Below are positions 11,281 through 21,850 of a stretch of 64,000 nt of DNA, in pieces (within the stretch, counting starts at the first letter, position 1; each line of letters opens with the position of its first letter). The position numbers were made by a program, and so were the translations under genes. The stretch is from an uncultured Methanoregulaceae archaeon. Lineage in GTDB: Archaea; Halobacteriota; Methanomicrobia; Methanomicrobiales; Methanospirillaceae. The stretch lies in contig OY970343.1 of assembly GCA_963717525.1 (NCBI GenBank), forward strand, positions 384,001 through 448,000. The letters run 5' to 3'. The notes beneath the pieces are model-generated. The model had not been told where the DNA came from, did not search any database, and saw only the letters and a program-made list of their open reading frames with translations.

Positions 11281-11461
11281 CCGCCGGCGGGTCGCCGGGT
11301 GTGACAGGTGTCATCCATTTGTCAGACAACCGCGCCGCTCCTGCGCACAATTTGCCCTTTTTTTCGTGATTTTGGCCTGATTTGGCCCCCTTTTACCACA
11401 AACCTTATAACATGACGCTGTGTATAGGGGAATTACCCGAGAAGGGACAGGAGGTGAATCC

Positions 11462-11782
11462 ATGGGAGGAGAAATCTACCAGGCCCAGGTGATCCGGAAC
11501 TTCTTTGACACCATCACCGGCACGGACAGGAACCTGACACGCATTTACATGTGTGTCATGAGCCTTGCAAAGCTCCGCATGGAGTCCCCGGAAAAGATGG
11601 CGTCCCTGCTTGACCAACTCAGGAAGAGCAAGATCAAAAAGGAGCTCTCGATCGATATCCTCGATTATGTCTGCGATGCGGCAAACGATCTCGAGCTCGC
11701 GAGCGTCCAGACCGCGTTCGGTGTCAAGGACATCAAGGATGTAGCACAGGACTTCAACGCAGTCAGCCTTGACAGCCTGTAA
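11462..11782 (+). CDS. Hypothetical protein
   Basis: Strong RBS GGAGGTGA before ATG 11462; followed by a long T-tract. Confidence 0.75.
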   Translation: MGGEIYQAQVIRNFFDTITGTDRNLTRIYMCVMSLAKLRMESPEKMASLLDQLRKSKIKKELSIDILDYVCDAANDLELASVQTAFGVKDIKDVAQDFNAVSLDSL

Positions 11783-11803
11783 TTTTTTTTGTTTTTTTTA
11801 TTT
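11783..11803 (+). terminator. Oligo-T archaeal terminator
   Basis: TTTTTTTTGTTTTTTTTATTT directly after the stop codon. Confidence 0.6.
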
Positions 11804-11959
11804 CAAGCCCCGAACCCGGGCATGGTGTTTTTTTAAAAATCCCTTCATCAGGTTTACTATTTGGTAAAAATATTTCCCCCTATGGTACATCGTGATGTAC
11901 ATTGCCGCTTTTGAAGGGATACCCCCCGCAGCTTGCTAGTGATTAAAAAAGAAAAAAAA

Positions 11960-12194
11960 GCCCTGTAGAAACCTTTTTTTAAGAGGTACGACCCCCCTTA
12001 CGCCAGCCCTGCCCCCAAAGGGGGGCGGGGGCGTAAGCGATGCCTTTGTATTACCTGTACAAGAAGCATCCATCTTTCCATCTTTGTGTTGCAGGTACTG
12101 AAGGCACTGTCGCAACCGGGGATGATGAAGCGGCGGGGGCTTTAGCCCCCTAGGAGTATACTTCCAAATCTCACTTCAGGGGTTCTACGGAGTC
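11960..12194. mobile_element. MITE-like element, copy 1
   Basis: Ends GCCCTGTAGAAACC...GGTTCTACGGAG form imperfect TIRs; homologous along its full length to the reverse complement of 49059-49292; no transposase ORF. Confidence 0.8.
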
Positions 12195-12209
12195 AAAGAA
12201 AAACTTTCT

Positions 12210-12245
12210 TGCCCCGCCGTGCCCCGGAGGGGCCCTGAGGCGGGG
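12210..12245. repeat. Short GC-rich hairpin repeat, family B
   Basis: Reverse complement equals 16314-16350 except for one inserted base. Confidence 0.85.
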
Positions 12246-12319
12246 GACATTCGTTTATCTTAATCAAATTTGTTGCAGCCAGGTCCAGATCTCATCCTGT
12301 TAAACCAGTATGCACTCTT

Positions 12320-13537
12320 TCACCACACTATACCGTGCGTCACAAAGATCCAGTACAGCGCAACCGCAAAGAGCCCGCCACCCAGTGTCGCAAGGAAATT
12401 TGTTCCTGCATTGCCCAGAAATCCCTTGTTTTCCAGAACCGCCCCGACCAGGCTGTCAAGGTTGGTCCCCACAAATCCCGTGATCGTGCAGATGACCATC
12501 ATCCATGGGGTGATGACGTGGAGGCCGAGCGCCACGAGCGAGACAACAAAACTCCCGCCGAGCGCGACCAGTTCGCCGGTTATCGTGATGCCGCCGTTTG
12601 TCCCGATCGGAACCCGGCGCAGCGTTGTTATCATGTACGGGATCCCGCCGGTCACCCCGATCTCGCTCGCCATCGTATCTGCCGCAGCAGTCGCCACGCT
12701 ACCGACGTACATCACGATGAAGACCGGCTGGACAAAGACACCATACAGCACGGCCGCCGCACACGCGATGATCCCGTTTGCAAAGACATTCCTGTACCCC
12801 CGTGCCCCGCTCTTGCCCTGCTCGACACCGATCCTCTTTTTGTACTCGAACTTGTACCGGGTGCAGAGCGATCCAAGGATAAAGAATGTGAGCATGACCA
12901 GGAACCACGTGGGGTCGGCAAAGACGAGCAGAATGATCCCGACCAGTGCCGTTGAAAAGAGCCCCGAGAGATCCGCCGTTTTGAACCGGAACGCGAAGTA
13001 CCCGAACACAAAGGCGATAAAGACCGCGATGATCACGATCTCGATATTGGCTGTGTAATTGAGTTCCTCGATCAGGTACATCGTCATCGCGATCCCGATC
13101 CCTTCAAGGACAAGCGAATCCTCGAAACGCAGGAGGATCACTTTCAGGAGGACTGCGGCGATGATCCCGAAGATGACCATGAGAAACGCCTCCTCATGGA
13201 GGTAGACCATAACGAGCATCCCCGCCCAGGCTGTAGTGATAATGTAGTAAAAGTAGGTGTTGAGGTCGTCGGCCCCGGACTGGAAGACGAGTTCTCCAAG
13301 CGAGATCATCGCAAGGGTCGTTGCGAGGACCACGAACGGGAGAAGGTTGACCGCGTAGAGTCCGGACAGGATGCAGAAGACGTACGCGAGGTATTTCGTG
13401 CCAAAGAAACGCCAGAGAACGAGGGAGAAAAGGATGATGATAAGGGCCATAAGCCACGGCGGCTGCACGTATGGGCCGGCCAGGATGGCACACCCGGCGA
13501 GCGCTGCTGCGTATCCCAGTCCCCGCTGCTTTGCCAT
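12320..13537 (-). CDS. DUF92 (TIGR00297-like) membrane protein
   Basis: [42 protein letters not shown]. Confidence 0.88.
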   Translation of the reverse strand: MAKQRGLGYAAALAGCAILAGPYVQPPWLMALIIILFSLVLWRFFGTKYLAYVFCILSGLYAVNLLPFVVLATTLAMISLGELVFQSGADDLNTYFYYIITTAWAGMLVMVYLHEEAFLMVIFGIIAAVLLKVILLRFEDSLVLEGIGIAMTMYLIEELNYTANIEIVIIAVFIAFVFGYFAFRFKTADLSGLFSTALVGIILLVFADPTWFLVMLTFFILGSLCTRYKFEYKKRIGVEQGKSGARGYRNVFANGIIACAAAVLYGVFVQPVFIVMYVGSVATAAADTMASEIGVTGGIPYMITTLRRVPIGTNGGITITGELVALGGSFVVSLVALGLHVITPWMMVICTITGFVGTNLDSLVGAVLENKGFLGNAGTNFLATLGGGLFAVALYWIFVTHGIVW

Positions 13538-13666
13538 TGGGGGAGATATTTGTTTTCAGATGAGAAGAGTCTTATCGTTTTTTTATCGTCCGGCTGTGAC
13601 CGCTCCCTTATGGACAGGCAACAGGGACGATCACTATATTTTATAAAACGACCTATCCGGTACGGA

Positions 13667-16259
13667 ATGGTTTCCTCTGACGAACTGCCCAAAAATTATG
13701 ATTTTGCCGTGGTGGAGGAGCGCTGGCGGGAGAGCTGGCGCGACGAGGACCACTATTTTGATCGAAACTCAACAAAGCCGCAGTTTGTGATCGATACGCC
13801 CCCGCCCTATCCCACGGGCAATTTCCATATCGGCAATGCACTGAACTGGTGTTATATCGACTTTTTCGCCCGGTACAAGCGGATGAAGGGCTATAACGTG
13901 ATGTTCCCGCAGGGCTGGGACTGCCACGGCCTTCCCACCGAGGTAAAAGTCGAGGAACTCAACCATATCACCAAAAACGATGTCTCACGGGAGGAGTTCC
14001 GGAAGATGTGCCGGGAGCTCACGGAGAAGAATATAGAGCAGATGCGCCTGACGCTCCGGCGCATGGCATTCTCCACGGACTGGTCTAACGAGTACATCAC
14101 GATGATGCCGGAATATTACAAGAAGACCCAGCTCTCGTTTTTGAGGATGCAGAAATCCGGCTACATCTACCAGGACGAACACCCGGTCAACTACTGCACC
14201 CGGTGTGAGACGGCTATCGCGTTTGCCGAGGTCACCTACGAGGACCGCGAAACGCAGCTCAACTTCTTTGATTTCGACGGCGTGGAGATTGCGACCACCC
14301 GGCGGAGTACTCGCTGCCTGCGTCGCGGTCGCGGTCCACCCGGCCGACGACCGATACCACCGGCTGAAGGGAAAATCCCTCACGGTGCCGCTTTTCGGCC
14401 ACGCCGTCCCGGTCGTTCAGGATGAGGCAGTCGACCCGGCGTTCGGGTCGGGTGCGGTCATGATCTGTACGTTTGGGGACAAGCAGGATGTCCACTGGTG
14501 GAAACAGCACAACCTCCCGCTCAGGAAAGCCATCGACCGCACCGGAAAGATGACGGATGTCTGCCAGAAGTACACCGGTCTTTCCACCGCCGAGTGCAGG
14601 AAGGCGGTCCTCGCGGATATGAAAGCGGATGGGATCCTCAAAAAGCAGGAGAGCCTGTCGCAGCGCGTCGGAACCTGCTGGCGCTGTAAGACGCCGATCG
14701 AGATCCTCTCCAACCGGCAATGGTTCATCCGGATCAGGCAAAAGGAGATCCGGGACGCGGCCCACCAGATCACATGGTACCCCCGGCACATGTTGCTCCG
14801 GATGGAGAACTGGATCGACCAGATGGAGTGGGACTGGTGTATCTCCCGGCAGCGGATCTTTGCGACCCCGATACCGGTCTGGTTCTGTGCGAAATGCGGC
14901 GAGATGGTCCTGCCTGACGAGAAAGACCTCCCCTGTGATCCGACGCTCACCCAGCCAAAGCACCCCTGCCCGAAGTGCGGCGGGAACGAATTTTTGGGCG
15001 AGGAGGACGTGCTCGATACCTGGATGGACTCGTCCATATCCGTCCTCAACGTCACCGGCTGGGATGGATCCGGCATGCCGAAGATCTTCCCTGCGCAGAT
15101 CCGCCCGCAGGGCCACGATATCATCCGGACCTGGGCGTTCTATTCGATCCTGCGCTCGGTGGCGCTCACCGGGAGCAAGCCCTGGGACCAGATCCTCGTC
15201 AACGGCATGGTGCTGGGCGAGGACGGTTTCAAGATGAGCAAGAGCCGGGGCAACGTGATAGTTCCCGAAGAGCTTGTGGGACGGTACGGCGCGGATGCCC
15301 TCAGGCAGTGGGCAGCAACCGGCGCCGCGATGGGCTCCGATATCATGTTCTCCTGGAACGACGTGATCGCCGCATCACGGTTCCAGACCAAGATGTGGAA
15401 CATCGCCCGGTTTGCGCTGATCCAGTTCGGGAAGGAGGGGATAGACGAGGACGCCAAGGTTACCGCACTCGCCGACCGGTGGCTGCTAGCCCGGCTCTCG
15501 GACACGGTGGCGTCGGTCAGCGCCTCGATGGAGAACTACGAGTTCGATGAGGCGCTCAAAAGCATCCGGGAATTTGCATGGGACGTGCTCGCCGACAATT
15601 ACATTGAGCTCGCGAAAGGCCGGCTCTATGCCGGAGGCGCGTCAAGGAAGAGTGCCTGCCGCGTCCTGTATGCGGCGTACGATGCGCTCTGCCGGATGCT
15701 TGCGCCGTTTGTCCCGTACTTTGCAGAGGAGTGCTACTCCTACCTCAACAAGGGGAGCGTGCACAAGCAGCCATGGGTTGCGTTCACCTTCGATGACCCT
15801 GCGGCCCGGGCTGAAGGTGACCTCCTCGTGAACGTGGTCGCCGGGGTGCGCAAGTACAAGCATGACCATGGTATGGCCTTGAATGCGCCGCTTGGGAAAG
15901 TCACCGTGTACTCCCCGCACACTGCAGGCGACGAGGGCGACACGGCCCGCACCTTAAACGCGGACGTCCACTGGAGGACCGACAAGGCCCACCTCGACCG
16001 GATAGTCGCCGGCATCGACTTCAACCGTGCCGTTGTCGGCCCGACATTCAGGAAGGATGCCGGTGCCTTTATGGAAGCGGTAAAAGCACTCTCCCCGGAA
16101 GAGCTGGCGCACCCGCCAAAGACCATAAAAGTGAACGGGAAGGATCTCGCGATCCCCGAAAATGCGTTTGCGGCGAATTATTCCTACATGGAAGAGGGCG
16201 CGCAGGTCGACGTGATCACGGTCGGCGACGTGATCGTGACGATTGCGACAAAGGAATAA
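13667..16259 (+). CDS. valS: Valine--tRNA ligase, frameshifted near 14302-14310
   Basis: DTPPPY, HIGN and GWDCHGLP in frame 13196..; DWCISRQ and KMSKS in frame 14205.. The expected ATTRPELL reads cgg-cg-gag-ta-ctc, i.e. two bases are missing. Confidence 0.95.
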
Positions 16260-16313
16260 TTTTTTTTTAATTTGGTATTGAGGGTTTGTTGAGTACCTCA
16301 CGGAGCGATGGCT

Positions 16314-16350
16314 CCCCGCCTCAGGGCCCCTCGCGGGGCACGGCGGGGCA
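16314..16350. repeat. Short GC-rich hairpin repeat, family B
   Basis: CCCCGCCTCAGGGCCCCTCGCGGGGCACGGCGGGGCA, an inverted copy of 12210-12245. Confidence 0.85.
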
Positions 16351-16551
16351 GGTGAGTGTCCGGGCTTTGTTGCCCTGATCCGCCGCGGCTCGGTGGACGT
16401 GAAAGTTGTCAGTGAGATTTTGAGGAAGGAGATTGAGAAGATGCTCTCCTCTCAGAAGTGAGGGAAGAAGTCCCTTTTCTCTCCTTTTTTTTGTATTTTC
16501 GGATTTTTTGATTTTCGCTGTTTCCCATTTTTGGATATTTCAGAAGTGCGT

Positions 16552-16600
16552 GCTCTTGGGGGCTAAAGCCCCCGCCGCACGGGCATCCCCCCATTGCGAT
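16552..16600. repeat. Internal fragment of the MITE
   Basis: GCTCTTGGGGGCTAAAGCCCCCGCCGC...CATCCCC..TTGCGA matches 49096-49144 and the reverse complement of about 12110-12155. Confidence 0.75.
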
Positions 16601-16700
16601 GACCGTATCGGGAAAACAGTCCAGTGGGCTTCACGCTTATAGAAAATTTTTCAGAACAAAACGCAACCAATTTAATATTTATTCAACTATTCTTTAAATA

Positions 16701-17357
16701 ATGCGCAAAAGAAAACTTACAAACCGTGAAGTAAACTCAATAATTGCAATAGTTATCTTTTTAGTTCAACTACCGGTTAGAATTTATTTCATTATTCGAG
16801 ATTTATTAGATAAACTTCTTTTAACCCCAACTGCATATAAGAGAAAAAAATTACTTCTTCAACAATCAGATTTGGATTGGATAAAACGACAGAATATTCA
16901 TTATATGAGTGGTACAGAATTCGAATTGTATCTAAAGAGAATCTTTGAAAATTTAGGATATTCTGTCAATCTCACGTCTCAAACGAATGATCAGGGGGCT
17001 GACTTGATAATTCATAATCCTGACGAGTTTGTTGCAGTTCAGGCAAAAAGATATAATAAAAATGTGGGGAACAAAGCCGTCCAGGAGGTGGTTGCAGCAG
17101 TGAATTATTATCGGACAAACAGAGGGATGGTAGTAACTAATTCAAGTTTCACAAAATCCGCATACGATCTTGCGTATGCTAATAATATCGAACTTATTGA
17201 TGGACAACAACTTAATTTCCTGATTTTAAGGATGGAGAATGAAATTAATAACAAAATAAAAGAAAATCTCAGCAATCATTGTCCACAATGTGATCAAATC
17301 ATCAACGACAAAACATCAAAGTATTGTTTACACTGTGGTGCTAATTTAAAAAAATAA
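16701..17357 (+). CDS. Mrr-like (type IV) restriction endonuclease domain protein with N-terminal hydrophobic anchor and C-terminal Zn ribbon
   Basis: EFELYL, DQGADLI, VQAKRY and TNSSFT (Mrr_cat pattern); CPQC...CLHC; AT-rich. Confidence 0.85.
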   Translation: MRKRKLTNREVNSIIAIVIFLVQLPVRIYFIIRDLLDKLLLTPTAYKRKKLLLQQSDLDWIKRQNIHYMSGTEFELYLKRIFENLGYSVNLTSQTNDQGADLIIHNPDEFVAVQAKRYNKNVGNKAVQEVVAAVNYYRTNRGMVVTNSSFTKSAYDLAYANNIELIDGQQLNFLILRMENEINNKIKENLSNHCPQCDQIINDKTSKYCLHCGANLKK

Positions 17358-17479
17358 ACGCGCTATTGCTTTAACATATTATTTGATATTTGGCCCCACT
17401 TTTCATAATCTCCCGTCCAGATGCCGAATTATTTCTGATACTAACTAAACAGTAAAATGTGGGGAGTGTTTGATAAAAA

Positions 17480-18658
17480 TTAAGATTGTTTCCTTATTAT
17501 TAGAATTCCTGCGCCAATCGCCAAAATACCAAATTCAATCCCGATTGGCGACTTTTGGGTAGGTGTATTGATTGGAATTGATGTGAATGCCTTTATTGTC
17601 GTGGCAGTCGGTCGGGGAGTATAATGAAATCCTGTGGGGGTGGCTGTCACCGTTTGAGTAGAAGAAGAATCTGGCAGGGTTGTTTGTGCGGTTACGCTCG
17701 TTGTTGAAATGGCTGTTGTCCCGGTTTGATTTGGTGTAAGTGTTTGGGCTGTTGTTGTTCCGGGAGCGAGGGGGGAGAGAACGGTAATTGTTGAAGTGGC
17801 AGGATTCGTTGGATTGCAGGTAGTGGAACTCGAAGCCTGCATTGTAACGGTATATACGCCAGAAATAGTGTAGTTGTGTGATGGATTCTTTTGATTCGAT
17901 CCTGTCCCATCACCAAAATTCCAGCTCCAGATTGTTGGATTATTCGATGATGTGTCAATAAAATCCACGCTCAATGGTGCCGGCCCACTGGTTGGTGTGG
18001 CAGTGAAAGAAGAATCTGGATCTGAAGGGGCAGTTATTACGATGTTATTTGTGGTGGACGCTGTGTAGACGGAGGTATATGGTGTCATGCCACCATAATT
18101 TCCCGTTATGTAGAATCCATTATACACGGTTAATGTTACAGGAAATGTTCTAGTACCTCCATTGCAGGGTTTAGTGTATGTATATGTTGGGTTTTGCAAT
18201 GTCGAAACACCCGAACCATCCCCGAAAGACCATGACCAGCGGTTTATAGGACACGTTAGAGACGTTGAAGTATCTGTAAACTGGACGGTTAATGGAACTG
18301 TGCCGGATGAAGGAGTTGTAGTAAAACTTGCACTCAATGGAGTTGTGGGAGGGGTTACAGTCACCGTTTGACTAGTAGTTGAAGATTGAGATCCATTATT
18401 GATAGTTAAACTGACTGTGTGTGTTCCAGTATTTATGAACACAGAAGGATTCTGGAAATGGGATGAATAATCCCCAGTATTTCCATTATTTCCGAAAGAC
18501 CATTGCCAAGAGCCAGGATTTCCTGAAGATGTGTCCGTGAATTGTATTTGATTACCGCATACTGAGGTCCAAGTAAAACTCGCAGAAAGGGGAGAGGCCT
18601 CACCGATCTGAACGACTCCAATCATCAATAATAAAAGAACCAAAACGATTTTTTTCAC
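17480..18658 (-). CDS. PKD-repeat surface protein
   Basis: Signal peptide, three FTDTS...W.W.FG PKD repeats, Thr-rich linker, C-terminal TM helix with basic tail. Confidence 0.9.
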   Translation of the reverse strand: MKKIVLVLLLLMIGVVQIGEASPLSASFTWTSVCGNQIQFTDTSSGNPGSWQWSFGNNGNTGDYSSHFQNPSVFINTGTHTVSLTINNGSQSSTTSQTVTVTPPTTPLSASFTTTPSSGTVPLTVQFTDTSTSLTCPINRWSWSFGDGSGVSTLQNPTYTYTKPCNGGTRTFPVTLTVYNGFYITGNYGGMTPYTSVYTASTTNNIVITAPSDPDSSFTATPTSGPAPLSVDFIDTSSNNPTIWSWNFGDGTGSNQKNPSHNYTISGVYTVTMQASSSTTCNPTNPATSTITVLSPLAPGTTTAQTLTPNQTGTTAISTTSVTAQTTLPDSSSTQTVTATPTGFHYTPRPTATTIKAFTSIPINTPTQKSPIGIEFGILAIGAGILIIRKQS

Positions 18659-18793
18659 ACTACATCAACACATGTCTCTTATACATCCAGCCAGATATTC
18701 AATTTTTTCAATTAACTTTCAGATTTGGAAAGATCGGTTTATACCCTGCCGTTCAGTGATACGTTCTGTATACTCCTGTAATACGTACAAACT

Positions 18794-18849
18794 CACCCGC
18801 CCCCTATCGGGGGTTGGCGCGACGCCGGGTCTGGTCGCGCTTGGGCAAG
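18794..18849. repeat. GC-rich hairpin repeat, family C
   Basis: CACCCGCCCCCTATCGGGGGTTGGCGCG...CGCTTGGGCAAGG resembles the reverse complement of 22261-22316. Confidence 0.5.
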
Positions 18850-19173
18850 GATGTGTTTGGGAAAAACGATTCTAAAAATTTCCAGAGTCCTGGATAAGAG
18901 ACTGATCCGCCGCGGGGGCGTCCCTTCGGGGGCGGCGGCACTCATCGCTTGTGGGGGTATGGGGGCATTAGCCCCCATCTTCTGAATCTGCCAAAATCTG
19001 ATGCATTATGTACTGCTCACTAGCTGAGGATTCCGGAATAACGTATTGTTAACTGGGAATATTGCACAAATGGACGTAGGGTAAAATATGACATTTATTT
19101 TTCAAAAATGACACACTTTTAACTATAAATATAATAATAAAGATTGGAATATTTTCGACTTGGATTAGCGTTG

Positions 19174-19686
19174 CTATGGATTTACATCTAGTTCTGATTT
19201 GTGTTGATTGAAAAAATCAACCCATCTTTTAACACATTGCGTCGCGACATCAAAAGCATCGAATTCTTGTCCTGAATCGGATTTAATATACCATTTTCTG
19301 ATTACCGGAGGATTTGGTTGAAATAAATCCAAATGAACCTCAGTTCGCATTGATGTTTCTTCACCAAAACGAGAATGAGTTAAATCAAGATGTTTCGCTC
19401 CATTGCAGATGTCTGCACACAATTTTAAACAATCATTTTGATCGATATAATCTTCGACAACTCTATTCAAATGGGTATTAGAAATATCATTTTTTATCCA
19501 ATCTTTTAGGTGATAACAACTCATGAAAAATGCTAATACATCATCAAATTGACCTTCAAAAGACGCATCTTTTTGAGTACCTCCGTTTATTTCTTTAAAA
19601 CGATCATACCAACGAAATACTCTATAAAGTTGGTCAATGCAAAGTTGTCCTTTTGGTAAATTTCTTAATTGCGTCATAATTTTCAA
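19174..19686 (-). CDS. Hypothetical protein, possibly HEPN-like
   Basis: Helical protein with CYHLKDW and ICNGAKH motifs; AT-rich; 22 bp downstream of the FRG gene. Confidence 0.6.
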   Translation of the reverse strand: MKIMTQLRNLPKGQLCIDQLYRVFRWYDRFKEINGGTQKDASFEGQFDDVLAFFMSCYHLKDWIKNDISNTHLNRVVEDYIDQNDCLKLCADICNGAKHLDLTHSRFGEETSMRTEVHLDLFQPNPPVIRKWYIKSDSGQEFDAFDVATQCVKRWVDFFNQHKSELDVNP

Positions 19687-19708
19687 AAATAACCATTGTT
19701 AACTGTGA

Positions 19709-20473
19709 CTATCCCGAAAAATATATTTTCTTAATCCTACGCCCCAATCCATCAAGGTCTGGGAATAATGTAAATTCGTCCATATTTGCCATCTTTAAAA
19801 ATTTTATCGCGTCGGGAATGACATCTTTTGGTATATCAAATCGTTTGATGACATCGGTTGAGTAAATTTTATCTAACGGACTCAAATTAGAACCATGCAC
19901 TGTAAAAAAACTGTTCTGAGCCGTTATACGAGGATGACTTTTTACAGGAAATATTGCGATAGGATTTTCAAATGCCTTTTTCTCGAATTCACGTGTTATA
20001 AACATTTTCTTATAATCAAGTACCTGTCCTTCCTCCATACTGATAATTCGCGGTTTTTTCACAGATTTTATATTTAACATTTTAGGGTTCATTATCCACA
20101 CGCAGGGTGTTTTAGTTTCATCATAATTGCGTAATGCAAAATATAGCGCGACCGCAAAACTTCCCGTCCAATCAAGAAGCCTTGTCGGGATTCCATGATG
20201 CTGCATTTCATAAAGTACTTCCCACGAATCTTTCACACAGTTTGAATGAAAATTCGAGGAATTGCTCACAAAATCATAATATACAGTCATTTCCCGATCT
20301 TTTGAAGACTGAAGATCGCAAGAAATGCCTATGTCTCTAAATAAAGCGGGCAACAAGGTATGAGATTTTTTTGATAAACCTCGAAAAAATGGGGAATGAC
20401 ATCCATTAGTTTTATCGTTAAAAAGCCGATCAATTTCTTCGATTATTTCGGAATGGAAATCTGCCCAAGACAT
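19709..20473 (-). CDS. FRG domain protein
   Basis: FFRGLS, LLPALFR, MQHHGIPTRLLDWT, ALYFA, RITAQNSFFT, LFPDLDG. Confidence 0.93.
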   Translation of the reverse strand: MSWADFHSEIIEEIDRLFNDKTNGCHSPFFRGLSKKSHTLLPALFRDIGISCDLQSSKDREMTVYYDFVSNSSNFHSNCVKDSWEVLYEMQHHGIPTRLLDWTGSFAVALYFALRNYDETKTPCVWIMNPKMLNIKSVKKPRIISMEEGQVLDYKKMFITREFEKKAFENPIAIFPVKSHPRITAQNSFFTVHGSNLSPLDKIYSTDVIKRFDIPKDVIPDAIKFLKMANMDEFTLFPDLDGLGRRIKKIYFSG

Positions 20474-21009
20474 TTTTTTAACCTCAATTGATACATAATC
20501 GTTTCAGAATAATATACTTTCAACTTTGAAATTGTTGTCTTGAACAGCATCAATTCTGTGACTTATTCTATATTCGCCTAGGAGCCTTCAGACGTTCCAT
20601 TCTGAATAAGTCTATAGTAGCCGAGAGCCCTTGTTGTGGGGGAGACCCCCCTCCCCCCGCCCCCGATCTAAGATACACTAATCCGGCCCCAGATTAAACC
20701 CGGATTGCCCTTTTCCGGATCCAATCGGAGCCCAAATTGGGCTCCGTTTTAAAACGAGCCCAAATCAGCCGTATTTTGAAAAACGGACAAAATATATCGT
20801 TCGTATAAACGCGTTTTTCGGGCCGATCTTGTATCAAACAGGCACTTGGTGGATCCCGAAAAAAGATGCCAAAAGAACGCTTTTGTGAGGCTGTTAAAGG
20901 CATTATATCGGGCTCAATTTCGGCTTATTTTGGCAAACAAATCGATTTATTGGCGTCATTTCCACGCGAACCGAAACAATCGGTTTTACGGGTGTATTTT
21001 CGGGAGATG

Positions 21010-21408
21010 TCAGGATTTTTCCCGGTTCGTCCGCTTTTTCTTTGCGTTCGTGCCCGGCTTCAGGGCCGTGCTATCATCGAGAATTTTCCGGACTCCCCGC
21101 TTTAACACCGGTAAATCCTGCCGTATGGTCTCATACACCGCTTCATAGTCCACGCCAAAATAGTGGTGGATGAGTTTGTCGCGCATCCCGGCCGTTGCCT
21201 TCCAGGGAATATCCGGGGCGTCCTTACGCAATTGCGGCGAGACATTTTTTGCCGCCTCGCCAATAATGGAGAGCATTCGTTCGATCCCCGCGCGTTCGAG
21301 CGGATGGTCTTTGAGCTCTTCAGCAGAAGAGATGTTTTTCCCAAATTTTTCGATATGGGAAATTGCATCAAGGATATGATGGAGGTACGCCGGATCTTCC
21401 GGTTTCAT
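21010..21408 (-). CDS. HepT-like (DUF86) HEPN ribonuclease toxin
   Basis: IIGEAAK, IPWK, GMRDKLIHHYFGVD (RX4HxY motif). Confidence 0.92.
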   Translation of the reverse strand: MKPEDPAYLHHILDAISHIEKFGKNISSAEELKDHPLERAGIERMLSIIGEAAKNVSPQLRKDAPDIPWKATAGMRDKLIHHYFGVDYEAVYETIRQDLPVLKRGVRKILDDSTALKPGTNAKKKRTNREKS

Positions 21409-21701
21409 CCATAGATCACCACTTCGTCCCGGTGGATTGAGGAGGAAAGGTACGGGCTGACCGATTTTTCCGTAACAAGATCGACCGGTACCTTGACGGA
21501 TTTTGCTATTTCATCCTCGATCTGGACCAGCTGGATAAGGCTTTTTGGACGGGCAAACCGGACAAGGATGTCGATATCGCTTTTTTTGCCGGCCTCTCCC
21601 CGGGCATAGGAACCAAAGATGGCGATCCGTTCAGCATCGTACTTTTTTAGTATCGTAACGATGCGATCCCGAATTTCTTTTTTGATCCTGCGTGCCGCCA
21701 T
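21405..21701 (-). CDS. MntA-like minimal nucleotidyltransferase antitoxin
   Basis: FGSYARGEAGKKSDIDILV (GSX10DXD); ATGA overlap with the toxin gene. Confidence 0.92.
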   Translation of the reverse strand: MAARRIKKEIRDRIVTILKKYDAERIAIFGSYARGEAGKKSDIDILVRFARPKSLIQLVQIEDEIAKSVKVPVDLVTEKSVSPYLSSSIHRDEVVIYG

Positions 21702-21850
21702 ACCCTGACCCCCACCGTTTCGTTTTTGTAATTGATTAGTATTATTGCCGGCCCTTCATCAGTCTTTTGCCGGGCCCATGTAATCTGCTGACAGGCCACC
21801 CCACCCATCATCATGATCGGTCCCCCGGCCTCCAAAAAAACCGGGCACCT

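Noticed and set aside
14290..14320. Programmed frameshifting or pseudogenisation of valS (and top6B)
   Set aside because: No slippery heptamer, two separate missing bases in a conserved motif, and similar indels scattered throughout the window point to sequencing error
21010..21701. MntA-HepT pair as a novel system
   Set aside because: Canonical toxin-antitoxin module that is very common in archaea
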